This document shows positions 14,400-27,520 of a DNA stretch of 64,000 nt, piece by piece (position 1 is the stretch's first letter; the number at the start of each line of letters is the position of its first letter). Source of the stretch: Iphione sp. A-MEVVRFRX5 (taxonomy: Eukaryota); contig OZ320319.1 of assembly GCA_976226885.1 (NCBI GenBank), forward strand, positions 36,828,001 to 36,892,000. Reading direction: 5' to 3'. A program made the translations under genes and the position numbers. The notes below the pieces were generated by a model that saw only the letters and a list, made by a program, of their open reading frames with translations, was not told the origin of the DNA and made no database searches.

Positions 14400-15420
14400 C
14401 TCGTTTCTTGTGGCTTCCGACTTCATTCGGCCCGCAGGATTCACGACGGCCGCAGTGATGTATGCTGAGCAGGAGGCGAGCCGCTGGAATGGACGAGGGT
14501 CTAAACTTAGTCCCGAGCTTCAGGTCGGTGGTTAGCCGGGGTTTCTGCTTTTAAATAGATCCGGCGGAAGGTGCCGGTTAGTGCGGCTAATGAATTATAG
14601 GGCGGAATATGAGGGAGGGTAATCGGCTGAGGTTAGAAAGGCGGGAGGCAGGGACAAGGCCATGGCGTGGTCAGAATAGAAAAACAGTCCAAACAGGTCA
14701 CACGCGATACCAAAAAGCAGTCACGGAAGAACTGGGGGAAAAAAGGGTGTCTCTTGCTTCAGGTTTGCAGGTAGAATGGGAATAAATTGTCCTCCTTCTC
14801 TGGACCGCTGAGCAGCTGGTTTAGGTCTGTACACGCAGCCGAGCAGTTACTGCCTGTTACAGACAGCTGCAGGACAGGAGGACCAGAAAGTTTGGTCGGT
14901 AAGAACAGAGAAATAGTCGGGGTCGTGCTTGACGGCAGTCTGACGGTTCCGCCGACGTTCGCGTTCGTTTTTCTGAGCGACGGCGGCCTCCCCAATTGGC
15001 CGACAAGCGTCGCCATTGATGAATGTGTGGAGGCGATAGTGAGCAGGTGCGCCGAAACTTGAGCTGCTCCCCCTACCTCGGCATGATAGCCCTCAAGCGG
15101 ACGATTTATGCAACTATTCCGACACCGTTGAGGCCTGTGCCGACGTATCTATCTTACCGCCCTTGGCGCCCTCCCGCCCTGCACCGCCCCTCCTTCCCCA
15201 GCAGCGCTCGCTCCCCTCCTCCTCCTCCTTCTCCTCCTCCTCCTCGTCATCCTCACCGCCGGCATAGAAGGGGCAGATGCGTCCCGAAAAGTGCGCGCCG
15301 CGCGGTGAAAACAAAACGGTCTCAGGTGGAGAGTAAGTAGGCTCAACTTGCCGTGAAATGGGATTTTCACCGTGCGTAGGGCGAGAACTGTACAGTTTCC
15401 ACCATTTGACGCCTCCTGTC
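14400..15420. other. GC/CpG-rich island with a (CCT)n tract at about 15213-15255; possible promoter or first-exon region
   Basis: High CpG density, GC boxes, and a strong + strand donor (GA|GTAAGT) at about 15334. Confidence 0.4.
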
Positions 15421-17429
15421 CATATTTCTCCTTCTAGCAGCCCGACCGATGCTCGTTGGGCCCTTTGTGGCAGTGCGGGAATATTGCATTTTGTTGCATT
15501 ATTAACGACTTCATCTCCATGCTGCTGTCATAGCATTGCCAGATAAATCACACTCCATTACAAGGAGGGAAGCGGGTACAGTGAGAATAAAGGCAGACAG
15601 TGGCATTGACGAGTCTAATAGGAGGAAATGAATCCCTGTAGCAGGTTTATATCCCCGAGGTATAATTGGACCGGTATACCACTGCAATCGTTCAGCCGGC
15701 TTAAACGTGCCATTTTTTTCTCTTTTGCATACATCAAGCATATAGATTTAGATCGAGGCTGATTATTTTCAAGATAAATTATTTTTGTGTTTGATGAGGA
15801 TTTGTGAAAATAATTATCACTTGGCCGTCGCTCAATCTAAATTGATAACAAAAACCCTCTCGTTATAAAAAAAAAAAGTAAGATGCCTTTTTATTTGTTT
15901 TTGCAGTTTTGTGATGGGGTTTGAAGTTCCCTTGCTGCACCATGGCTGAGGCCTAAAGACGTTTACTTACACTGGGAGTATTTTATGAAAGGTGGAATAT
16001 TAAACAATTACTTAAAGGGAATCCTGATGTGTGTTAGGTCTGGTTTCAATACCTACGTTGGTATCTGTGTGCGTTTGTGTGTGTTTGTATGGGTTTTTTA
16101 CCAGCACACTGATTTCAATGGAGGGTGTCCTTTGTGTGCGTGAGGTGTCGGTGTGCATTGCCCGTTTTCGAACCAGGTTCGATAATTTGCTGCACATGGA
16201 CACCAACACAGAGAAATGCACTGCTGCTTCTTCATATTTACTCATTTTACTCACTTGTGCTCACTTCTTTGCATCATGACTGCACATATCCGCATATATC
16301 GGCATAATTCTGTCCTTTTTCCCCATCATTTTCTCTGATTTCCATGGCTTTTACCATTACTTCTATCTTTATTCATAATTTTACCCATTATTTTTGCCGA
16401 TTTTCGCAGCTTTTAGAATAACTTCTGTCCTTTTTCATAATTTTTGTCATCATTTCACACACACAACTGCACATACACATCTCAAAGAATACACCTGTGT
16501 GTGACCGTGTGGGAAAGCAAAAACGTATGTGAAACACATGGTGATGCACATGGACAGCAAATGCAGGTGAACACACCTCAACGCATGTAAGGAAACTGGG
16601 CCTTTGGCCAGCTTTCAATGCATGTGGAAATTGTCTCCAGAGTCTGGACTGCGTGGTGTGGAAATTAATGACTCTATGACTCTCTACACGACTCTTTTCA
16701 TGCATTCAGGTGCATGGTGCATGGTTGGTAGGTCAAAAACGGACCTGGGCCATAAAGTTCCATGTTCCATAGTAGCATATGTAGATGGTTGTTTTCAGCT
16801 GGATAGACACTGTCAATCACATGATAGAGGATATGAAATATTTTCTAATTTGCATATCATTTGGATAAAAACTGCACAATTTCCACCGATATGCTTGAAC
16901 CTCTATACATACATACCTATATACTCTCTCTGTCTCACTGTCTCTCTCTCAGAGAGTATGTAGCTAGGAAATTTTATAGGGAATACACACATATATGGAA
17001 AACACCTCTGTGGTGAGGTGCGGAAATTTGGCCGATTTTCCGGACAGCTACGCAGTGGGCAGTAATCTCATACAAGGAAAGCTGGCCTTAAGCGTGTACT
17101 CTTCTGTTGCCCTTAGCGTTGATAATTCGCCTGATAAAAAATAACCTGATAGTGTATAAGGAGATCACCGAGGACCCATTTAGTCATATATTGTAACGAA
17201 AGTCATACAAATAGCTAAGCTACAGGAACTAGGGAAACAACAGTCAACTATTATATTATCTATAATTATATCCGATGCATCGTATTTAAGAGGCGTGCAT
17301 AGCACAGTAGCGAGGACGAGCTGGGAAATTTGGTCAGCTTCCTTCGTATCCATACCTCTTGCGGTCGTCTCTCCTTTCATGACGCAGGTAATGAAAAGTC
17401 TAGCCTGAACGGATCTGGTGGCATGCCCA

Positions 17430-17900
17430 GCTCGGCCGTATCGATGAAGCGATTCGTTTTTCGTCGACCAAACAAGATAAGAACTTCGCCTGTCCTACAC
17501 TGTGTGCTCACGCGCCAAGCTGTGGACTGGAGACGCTATGATGAATCACCTTTTTGCATGGATAGCAACATTGGTCGCGCCTCTTTTCTCCCAGTAGTGG
17601 AGCCACGCCGAACGAACTTGTCTGTTGTCAATGGATGGAATGTGTAAGGAAAGTGCTAGTCCCCAAACAATTTTTTCCCCTTTTGGAATAAGGCCGCCTA
17701 GGTTCACTCAAAGGTCACAAGGTGGCAGAGAGGGATGCCATATGAGACGTCGTAGAGAGTCAACTTTGCCTGTCCAGGTGGGAGGACGATCGCTCCCAGA
17801 CGTGCCTTTCATCATGAACAGGCGTGAACATGGAGTAAATCAGTGGTGCCACCTAGCCCACGCTCTGTGCACTAAACATTGAACTCTGTCGTTACTGGCA
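17430..17900 (+). mobile_element. Heavily decayed Tc1/mariner-type DDE transposase remnant
   Basis: RRPNKIRTSPVLH...RQAVDWRRYDESPFCMDSNIGR resembles the Tc1 RRP.KKP.L...W.....DES.F......GR region. Nucleotide ghosts of the QDNA.PH and WP..SPDL motifs occur downstream in shifted frames. No TIRs were found. Confidence 0.45.
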
Positions 17901-20900
17901 CGGGAGACAATTGTCTCAGACGTGCTTGGCTGTGTTTCGGTAAAACCCTTTCTTTCAGCAAAAAATAACCTTCTCCGCTATGTTCACTTCTAATTTAGAA
18001 GGTACACACATGCTAAAAACCTGTTTCTTTGCGACTGAATTTCGAACGTTGAAAAAGATATTGCAATTATACCTCTGCTTTCAAACCTTTCTCGTAGTAG
18101 TCTAGTATTCCGTGATTCGTCTTCGTTAGTGGGTACATAGAGGAACTATTTACCACAATCTCCCTCTGATTATTCCATAGAATGGCTGGTTTTCCTTCGA
18201 AGCTACGACTGTGAGGAGGAACCATTAGACCAATGCCTAAAACTGGCCACACCAACTCCGCAACTCGGAGAGGATCTCCCTTAAGCAAGCTGTGCCCATA
18301 TCGGTTGATTGGAATCTTAACCTCTGTGATTTGTTCTAGCGCCCTTGGGATGGCCCGGCTGTAAGCCTTTCACTGATTGGCTGATCAGGTCCTTGCATTG
18401 GCGATATGTTATCTGTCCCTGTAGTGTCTTCAGCAATTTGGACCTGGCACCGAATCGTGAAAACGTCTCTCGGTCTTTGTATAATTTACACTTCACATTC
18501 GTGAAAATCATCATAGCATTACGGCAAATACGCAGCTAGACGTACACGAAGTTGACCAATTGTAAAGAAATTTTATTTCTGCCGTCAGCTGTTTTTATAA
18601 ATCGGCAGTTTTCTTTGCATTTGTCGAAAATCATTAGAATCAGAACAGAATAGATCATTACAGATACCTCCATAGTATTATATACCTGCATCTATTTTGA
18701 CACATGCCTTGGCACAGCACTAAATTTGTGTATTCAATTCTATATCACTAATATTCTTACAAGGAAGAAACTATTCTGTTCACCGCGATAACACAGTGAG
18801 GGGAATAAGATATCCCTGCAACGTAAATTGTCATATTTGAAGTCGTTCAATCGAGTAATGTATCATTGTATGGTTTATTAATATGGTTAGGTCTTTAAAT
18901 TATATGCCTAATTTTCCGGTTGCGATAACCACCGTTGAACAATGAGCGTTCAGTCATACATATTTATTGTGTCTAAATGAAACATGTCTGCAGCTCTTGT
19001 GTATGTCGAAGGGTTGGATAACCTCAGCCCGATGAAAACAGGAAACTGGATAAAACCCTCATCCACACAATTGATAAAATGATGGCTTTTATAGCGGTGA
19101 AAACCTTTTCCTCAGAGGGTGAACCGCACTCCCATCCTCTCAATTTTGAGGTTGCTGAGGATTTATGTCAGTCGACTGTAGGCTCAGATAACCTACTGTG
19201 GTTTCAACCCTTCCCACCTAAAAAAAAACTGCATCCTATCCTCTCGCAGATGTAACTTTGCGGTGGGATTTTAACTAAATCAGCGCCAGGGCCGCGCCAC
19301 CCGCTCCAACCTACACAAGGCCTCTACTTGTCACATATATTCTCATCAAAAGTGGTACCAACAGAGTAGCAAGTTTAGCCTGCGCAGACGCGGCTGGTGG
19401 CAGCAGCCAATGGGAGGCCTTGGTTCAGCCAGGCTTGTCTGCAGAACGGTCACGTGCTTTAGCCCTGTGCATCGAAGCAGTGTGGACAAGGTTACTGGGG
19501 TTTACCTACGGCCCCCAAATGGAAAGAAAAACCAACCGCTAGCTCACACTCAGAGGCCTTCTAGTTGAAAATAACTCAAAGGCTCATGAGATTCAGGAAG
19601 CCACCCGCCCGACGTGTGGTCATATTGAACTGCTGCAGTGTGTTCATGTGGAACAAGAACATTATTGCATGATTTATTGAACAGATAGATAGCAGTAGTA
19701 TGACCACAATAAAGGAGCAGTTAGCACATATCCCTCGCCTCACCACCATTCCAACCAGCCATCAAGCCATCCACAGATCATTAATAACTAAATAAGGTCG
19801 ATCACTCACAGCAAAGTATCGGGAATGATGTGCTTTGTTAGTCGGTGACGAATGGTCCTACATGTCTAGAACAGAAAAAGAAGTAGATGTGAAAAAGAAA
19901 GCAGTGGCTCCACCTCTGTGCTTGGCCATGAAATGAGTTTCGCCTCATTTGGCGTTCATGGTGCGCATTATCTTCAAATCAGTTATTTTTCGCTTTGGGT
20001 GATTTTGTACAGGGAAGGCTTTACAATCATACTGCCCTAGGTTCCACGTGGACGATAGCATTTACTCTTGCAGACGCGTGTTACATCGCCCTTTACAAGG
20101 TAGGGTAATGGTTTGGCCTTGAAGGAATAACCTTTCTACAACGTCGACTTTAAAAGATGCCCTGCCTCTTACAAGCGCAGTGTTTCGGAAAGGACGTAGT
20201 GGCCTCATGTTTGAAACGAAAAGAATGTCTGAGGGAATTCATTATTTTTCCAGATTCAACATTGCAGCTTTCTGGAGCTCCGATAAAACTCTCGGTAGCA
20301 CGTCGGATAACCAAAAATGTTCTTCAAAAAGTCATACCTTTTAACTTTTTTCCCCTTTTTTGGGGGGGGAGGTCGGTTACAATTATGTTGCAATCAACAA
20401 AACTCGCATAGGCGGCGTAACAACATCGCTATTAATGTCGGCATATTTATCGACTGAACCTGATTCAAGGACATTGTTGTCTCATCTATCTATGCCTAGT
20501 GGTGTCTAACGGCGACCGACCTTAAGAGCTGGGACGAAAAAGTGCAATATTCAGGAAAAATGAGATCCCCAGTGGTTCCTCTCGCCCGCACAGGCACGCC
20601 GTGGATTATGGATCAAGAAATATCACTATAAAAACAGCGACGCAGGTTGTCCAATTATCTTTTCCCCTCACTCAGGCGTTTTTATCCAACCCTAAACAAA
20701 CAAGAAAATGTCAGCATATCGTAGTGAAGATGGTCGCGAAAGATGGAATGTGAGACGTAAATATGACGAAAGAACTCGGTTTTAGCAAAAGGAGGAATTA
20801 TTCTAAACACGTGTCATTCAGGATGCCATTCAACCATAATAGTTTGACGAACAGAAGAGTCGATGCACTTATTGTGTGTGGGTCCTTTGTATAAACTGCA

Positions 20901-23900
20901 TTTGAAATGACATTATGCCGATGCAATTAGTTTATGCATTGGCCAAAAAGTTTCAAACTTTATGGAGGTTCGACTGTGAGTGTCAAATGGCTGTAGAGAA
21001 ATCACTTCAGTCTAGGCCTGAGGTATTGAGCACTCCCCGGCCCCCCGCTGTGAGGTCTGATTGGTTAACACCGAGCGCATGTATGTTGTATCACCCATCC
21101 ATTATCAGCATGACGCAAGGTGCGACGGTCAAAATTGACAGCATACCTGCGAGGCTTGTGGCGCTTTGTCCCGCCCGGAGGACTCCGCCCTGTCAATGAT
21201 GTCTGATCGCACCTGACAGTGAGCTAGGAGCCACATCAATTAGTGATAGCCGATTGGCGTGGCCTGTGGTACGGCGCCCACCTTCTGTGGGGCCACTGTT
21301 CAATATTACGACCGAGAGTCGTAAATTCAAGTGAATAATCCCATCGGACCGGCCAGCCTCACCTCAGGCTGGTCAGGATGGATCCCCTTCGTCGCCTTGA
21401 CCCTGTATGTGTGATCATTACGCATTACGTAAAGAGGTTACGCAGTAGCCAGGCGCACGTTACTGCCCCGCCCCTAGTCTCTCCTCCCGTCGTCGGGCAC
21501 GATCGTGCCGGCCACTCCCGCCGGTGCCACCCGCTTCAATAATACCTGGGCGGACTGCGATCGGAGAATGCCCCCCACACAGACACACACACGATGAAAC
21601 ATTGATCACCCACGCTGCCACTCCCCATGTTAAATTCGTCGACGTGGCTGGTGCCGCCTCGCTCCCCTTAATCCACAGTACATGGCCCTGAAAAATGATT
21701 GCATGCGGCACACACCCAGGGTAAGAGGATTGGTATAGTTAATAGGACACCCCACTGTCCATCCTGGATATCGCTGAATGAGGTACTCATATATATGCAA
21801 AAATATTCGTTAAACTTATATCATTAGTGGTCAGCGCACTCATTTTCTGTGTAAACGGTATGTAAGCGAGCAGCAAATCATTTTTGGTTCTTAACGTATG
21901 AAATAGACATTGCGCCAAAACGGGAGGTGGAGCGTTCATGATAGCATCAGTGCATTGTGCAGCAGGTTTCATCGTAAACAGATTTACTCGAAGGGGGGGG
22001 TGGTGGGACGGTTCCTGCTTATGAACTGAACAAACAACTAATTGTTCAGAAGAGTCGGACATCATGTCATCGCGAGGTCCGGCCATTGGCATGTCGCAAC
22101 GCAGATGTCGTCATACGTTAATTACCCGGTCTGGGGTGCGGCCGTGGTCACCATCGAGCGATAATATGGCACCGCGATGACCTGGCGGCGTGCTTAGGCC
22201 CGGAGCAAAACGGTTAGATGGGTGTTGATTGGCCATTATCGAGGTTGCCGGCCAGGCCCGATAACATCGGTGATGGAAGGAAGGTGACAATACCCACCGT
22301 AGAGCTCGATATGGTGGCGTTTATTGAAGCATACATTGACCTTGGCACTCGTGAAAGTGCCGGCGGTTGGGGATTTATATGTAGAATGTGACGGAGATAA
22401 TTACATTCACTGTAGTTATGCAGGGCCCTGCCATAAAATAAAAACAGTCGAAGTCATTCGCTACCAGCGTCAATAATTTATGGCGGGTAGGACTCGGTCT
22501 AAATTGTTATCCAGCCCTTAGCTGCCCTGTTGGTCGCATTCTTCATCGTCTCCCATATCCTTTCTGTTGACTGCTCGTAGAGATTACTGATTGATGCGTT
22601 TCCTTCATGACCCCGAGGCTTTATGGCTGCAGCCGACATGAAATTGTCATTTGATACAAAGTGCCTGCCGACGCTTTTCCATTCAACAAAGAGGTGGTCC
22701 TGGTATCAAGAGTCTTCGGGTGCCATGAAAGGGCGGCGGGATGAGGCCCCACAGCGACCCGCAGCATCATCCGCACCACCTCAGCATGGGCGGACTGTTT
22801 TATGAGCCGGCTGCTAGACACTTGTGGACGGTGCTCTGGCGGAGAGCGAGTCAAGGGGCCAAAGGATACACTGAGCCAAGCACTCCAAGAAACACGAGCA
22901 GCTCGTTTGATGTGCACTGCTCTTGACCCACCCTGGCGAGCAGTCAGTGGTAGAAATGCCACCAGAGGTGCAGATGCTGCGGTCCGCAAAGAAATTCACA
23001 AAGTGGTTCTGCCCTTCTGTCAGCGAGACTCCCCTGTATTTTATGAAGTTAACTTTCTACGTATTAAAGACAACGTAGAGATAGGGATAGAATTAAAGAC
23101 AGACAGGAAAGAAAGTACAAATTTCAGTATTTTACTACGTATTTATTTCCATTCCTTTCTCCCATATAGCTATAGCGATACATGTACACTTATCTACCAA
23201 GAGGATAATTTAACATAGCTTTCATCAAGAGATAAGTAAACATGTACACCAATTATATTAAAATCTTTGATTTTTTCGATTGGCAGGTTCCTATGTACAG
23301 AGTGCATGTACACCTGTTCTGTGATCCCCCCCCCCCCCCACCGGTAATTGTTGAATTGCATCGAGTACATTGTACGGTACCTTGCAGGGTCAAAATGACA
23401 CTGTTTTCCCACGTGTTTCGGGTATGCTTAAGTTGCCTCCCCTGCATTATCTCTGCATAGAGTCTGATGGATGGCTCTTCCGTACTTGGTGCCCAGTTAA
23501 TGCTCCGTCAGAGCCCGCAAGCTGCACTAACTTGCACGCTTCTAAATGTCCGCATATTCCGGTAAAGGGACATGTAAGTGCACAATAAATGGATCTGTGT
23601 CATTAGGGACTTGTCAAAGGCATACTTGATAGCCATTGTTTCCGCACGTGTCTAAGCCAGCTGCTGATGACAAATCCACGTGATGCCACACTTAAAACCT
23701 AAACGTAAGCGGCACATCAAAAGTACGGAAACGAACGTGCAGTTAATACTCCGACGTAATTATTTACGGACGCAGTCGATGTAAATTTACAAATTCTCAA
23801 ATCGCCAATTCGTGATAGATAGCTTTTGGACTTAGGTGGAAAATGGTATCTTTAGGTAGTGTTTAAAACGGAATCACCAGTTTTCAAAGCTGTCCTGGTG

Positions 23901-24288
23901 CGACATGGATAATTATAAAGGCTTCCATATTTTATGAAGCAGTCAAGTGCAGTTGATGTGGAGGGAACAAATGCATGGTAACACGCTCTTATCGGCTGCA
24001 TACAGAATATGTAAAGCGGACGTGTTCCATTCATTTAGATTGAAATAATGTCTTCCTTACATTACAGAAACGTGATTCCATTATCGGGTGGTTTATCTCG
24101 ATTTTTTAAATGGGATATTGAGGAGGGATATCCTGGAAGTGCCTGAATGGCTGTCGCTTAGTATTTCGTTCATTTTTGGGGGGATAGAATTAGGCAGCAA
24201 TATTATCTAAACCCCTTATAGATACAAATGTCTTTCTATAGGATGCCGGTACTTCTGAGGAGCTGTGATGAGGGTAGGGAAAACTTAC

Positions 24289-24415
24289 ATACAAGGCTGG
24301 TGTCTGGCCTGATATAATCACTGATCTACTGTAGATAGTTTCAGATGTGGACAGAGGTCTCCGCCTTGAGATAGCATTAGCGTGCCACTGAATCCTTGCT
24401 GGGCTCCATGCATCA
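24289..24415 (-). CDS. Candidate exon 2 of a putative minus-strand secreted-protein gene
   Basis: Context ttccttacattgggcag| ... tat|gtaagt. Phase 2 to 0, open (DAWSPARIQWHANAISRRRPLSTSETIYSRSVIISGQTPALY). Phase-compatible with 26324-26547. No homology recognised. Confidence 0.22.
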
Positions 24416-26323
24416 CTGCCCAATGTAAGGAAAGTTGTAATACATGTGTGCCCCCCAGTTTTCCATGTGCTTCATTTGACATCGATATCTCAGGGTACTA
24501 ATGAAGTAGAAGGTCCTGTCCTCATGACTGCCCCGCTCATTGGCCTCCCACCATTCCCATCTGATCTGATTAGGGTCCTCATTGTTACAGCTTTTGATAC
24601 AACCACACTTGGCTAAAAGCGTCTGACTGGGCAATGTCCGTAGCTGATCACAGAAAGAATCAGTGTAGTCACGCATGCGTGGCCACCCGCTGGGACCCTA
24701 AGCCACTAGTAGCTGATGGCTGGGTAGTGGACCAAGGCTGCTGGCAGCAGCCTGTGCTGCTATGGCGGGGGCAGGGAGGGAAGGAGGGGGTACGTCCGGC
24801 TCATGTTGACGGCTGAAGGCTGGCGGTATAGGTGGCGCTTCGATGACAAACTACTCCCCACGGGGATGTAGAGCGGTTATCGCCGGGATGCCACGGCACA
24901 GATCCCTTACCCCTCACGCTGGCCCTGTCCCGGTCGGCAGTAAGTCAGCCTGGGCCGCCCGGAGGATGGCCGGCGGTTAGTGGCCAGCCACACAACCTCC
25001 ATGGAGGACCCTGTATGTTGCGTGTATGTCTGTATGGGGGGGTGGGCTTAGACACCACCGGTAGGATGGAGGCTGTGCCAGTGTCATTCCACGCTGACGA
25101 AACTTGTAGATGCTGTAAATCTCTCAAATAGCGGATATTTAGAAAGGCAGTATTGTTTGCTGTAAACAATACCCTGATGCAACAGAGTGCCGCATTCTGG
25201 AAAGAGGTCTATAATTGCTCGGATACAAACTGGTCTATTATGACGTTGTACACTTTGGGGTCACATATCATTATTATTTTCATAAAAATTGTATATTCCA
25301 GACATACCTGCTTTCTCGGCATTGTTCGCTCCATGGTCTGTCAGCGAAATAGGTTTTACTCTATGTTCCTATCAAAAGCATTGGACTTACATGTACATGT
25401 ATACAGAGCACACTTTAAATTCATCCGCACTGTTGCGGTTCCCGTGTGTTCCCCATTACATTCTCTATCAAGCCCACTTTCTATCCCCCTGTACTATTCA
25501 TCTCCATATTTACTATATTACTCAGGGTCTGTCGTCTTTCACCCCTTACCTCGACCAGAACGTCCGGAAGACTCCCTAGGGGCTTACTGTTAAAAAGACA
25601 TAGTCCACCATCTCGCTGCTCATTTCTTACCATTTTGGCTGACCAAATTGCCTTAGTTTCTCATACGTGGCAAAAGCCTTCTGAAGGCTAAGCAGAATGT
25701 ACGGCTTTCACGGGACAGGAGCTGCTTCATCCGCAACATCCACTGACGAGTTAAAAAGACCGGCAAGGAGTGGGAACGTAGCTCACTATACCCATTGATA
25801 AAAGTAGGTGTAGTATACGGAATTGGTGATTTGCTACGGGACCTTTTCTTCATCATGCAAGGAGGCGTAGCTGTTATATTTCACACGGAAGATTCTGTAT
25901 CGAAATGGTCGTTTCCAGTTTGGTGGTATATCGTGGACGTTATGGATGCTGAATAATGACTTTCCAGACTCGTAAAAGTAGGAGGGAAAAAAGATCCAAG
26001 ATAAAAACAAAAAAAAGATGACGCTTATCCATCGGCGGCACCTGGCGCTGAGATTAAATTGATGTCTTTCGCATACCGACTCCTGAGGGAAATGCCAAAT
26101 TGATTGACGAAGTTCCTCAGTCATGGTCATCAACAAACGGTTACCCACCCAAAGGATCTTACCAGGTTTCTGCACTGACATGCCCACACCCCTGTCTGTA
26201 AACATCCCATATCACCCCGTCAGACACTGCTTCATCTGTCACGTTCGATTCGTCGATGGAGTTTGAAGTCGGGGTTCCAGTCCCCGCATCACACAGGTAT
26301 GCCCTTGGCTAACGAGGTGTTAC

Positions 26324-26547
26324 CATGGAGAGGCCAGAGCAGCCTGTGTAGTACACCTGCTCTCTGCGCTACAGGTAGAAGGATTACTTAACGCGAGGAG
26401 GTCAGTCAGTTCGGAAAGCCTAGACGAGCTGTCGCTGTCAAAGGCATAAAACCTCCTCTGAGGCTTTCTCGTGCGTTCAACAGGTAATGAAATGGAACCT
26501 GGCACGAAGCAGCATAGAAGCAGCAGGGCTAACTCCTCTTGGATCAT
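26324..26547 (-). CDS. Candidate first exon or small ORF with a signal-peptide-like N-terminus
   Basis: MIQEELALLLLCCFVPGSIS-LPVERTRK... A at -3 of the ATG. The ORF stop overlaps a possible donor TG|GTAACA (phase 2). It begins about 0.85 kb from the motif cluster at 27380-27520. Confidence 0.3.
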
Positions 26548-27379
26548 TATGAATTATTTTCAAGTAACTATTCACGTGTGTTATGTCCTCGGCGTGTATC
26601 CATGGGCTGTAAGGGCATTCTCTCCATCATGTACCTTGTATATTTCTTTTCCCTTCTGCGTAAGCTAGTAGTTACCCTAGTTGCATCAAAAGAATCATGT
26701 CTATCAAGTCAATAAAATAAAATGTTTTTCCCCCTTTGATAAAACTACCTTTGATATATAAGGTGAAATTCAGGACGGTTGATCGTGAAGGAAATCTGAT
26801 TCGAATAGATTTAGCTATTTCAAAACTAATGTCGACCGGGAGTTGAATACTTCTTTTTAAGCTATCACATTCATGCTTTCAGGGAGGATATTCTCGGTGA
26901 TGAATGTCATGTCAAAGTCAGAAGCGCTTAGTCTACAGAAGCCACCTCCACCTGAGGTTATATTCTCTGAGCGCCAACCGTCGGTAATGCAGACGCGAAC
27001 ATTTTTCAGTGCCACTACGGAAGCATAGATAATGATTGATCTACCTTCAAAAAGAAACTCGACAACAATCATGCGTTTTTCCACTGCCGTGTAATTTCGT
27101 GCTTTACTGCTTCATATGATTTTGTCGAGAATGATCGGTACTGCGCACAACTGATAAAGCCTACTATTTAAAAAAAGTTACAGAAAGATTAAAAAAAAGG
27201 AATATTACATGTTTCGGGATGACCTTCATCGATTGCTTCCAATAAATGTAAAGGTCATACTAACAGATATAAGCCGACAGTTATAGCCCTCATATTACTC
27301 CTTTATCAAGCAGGCAGCAAAGTCATCTGACATTGATTGGAATTGAACGACCTTGGGACGGCCTTGCCAACAAAGGTGG

Positions 27380-27520
27380 TGACGTCAGAAGAGTAGTAAA
27401 CCGGGAATGACGGAAGAGACATGCGCATGAAATAACATCCCCCGGCTCCGCGTCTTGTCACTTGGGGTCAGCGAGGTTAGCATGGCAGTGCATGGCCATG
27501 CCTGTGGTTGCCGTAGCAAC
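27380..27520. promoter_or_regulatory. Promoter-like motif cluster: CRE, CGGAAG, CATGCGCATG and RFX X-box
   Basis: TGACGTCA at 27380-27387, CGGAAG at 27411-27416, palindromic CATGCGCATG (NRF1-like) at 27420-27429 and GTTGCCGTAGCAAC at 27507-27520, all within 141 nt. Confidence 0.55.

Noticed and set aside
18795-18829. CAGTGAGGGGAATAAG (and a similar word at 38441) as Tc1 terminal repeats
   Set aside because: Both are in the same orientation, there is no TA target duplication or inverted partner, and the orientation is wrong for closing the 17.4-17.9 kb remnant.
26280-26490. Three + strand CAG|GT motifs as additional ratchet points
   Set aside because: The pyrimidine tracts and donors are weaker than at 38896, and they are not shown to be inside a + strand intron.
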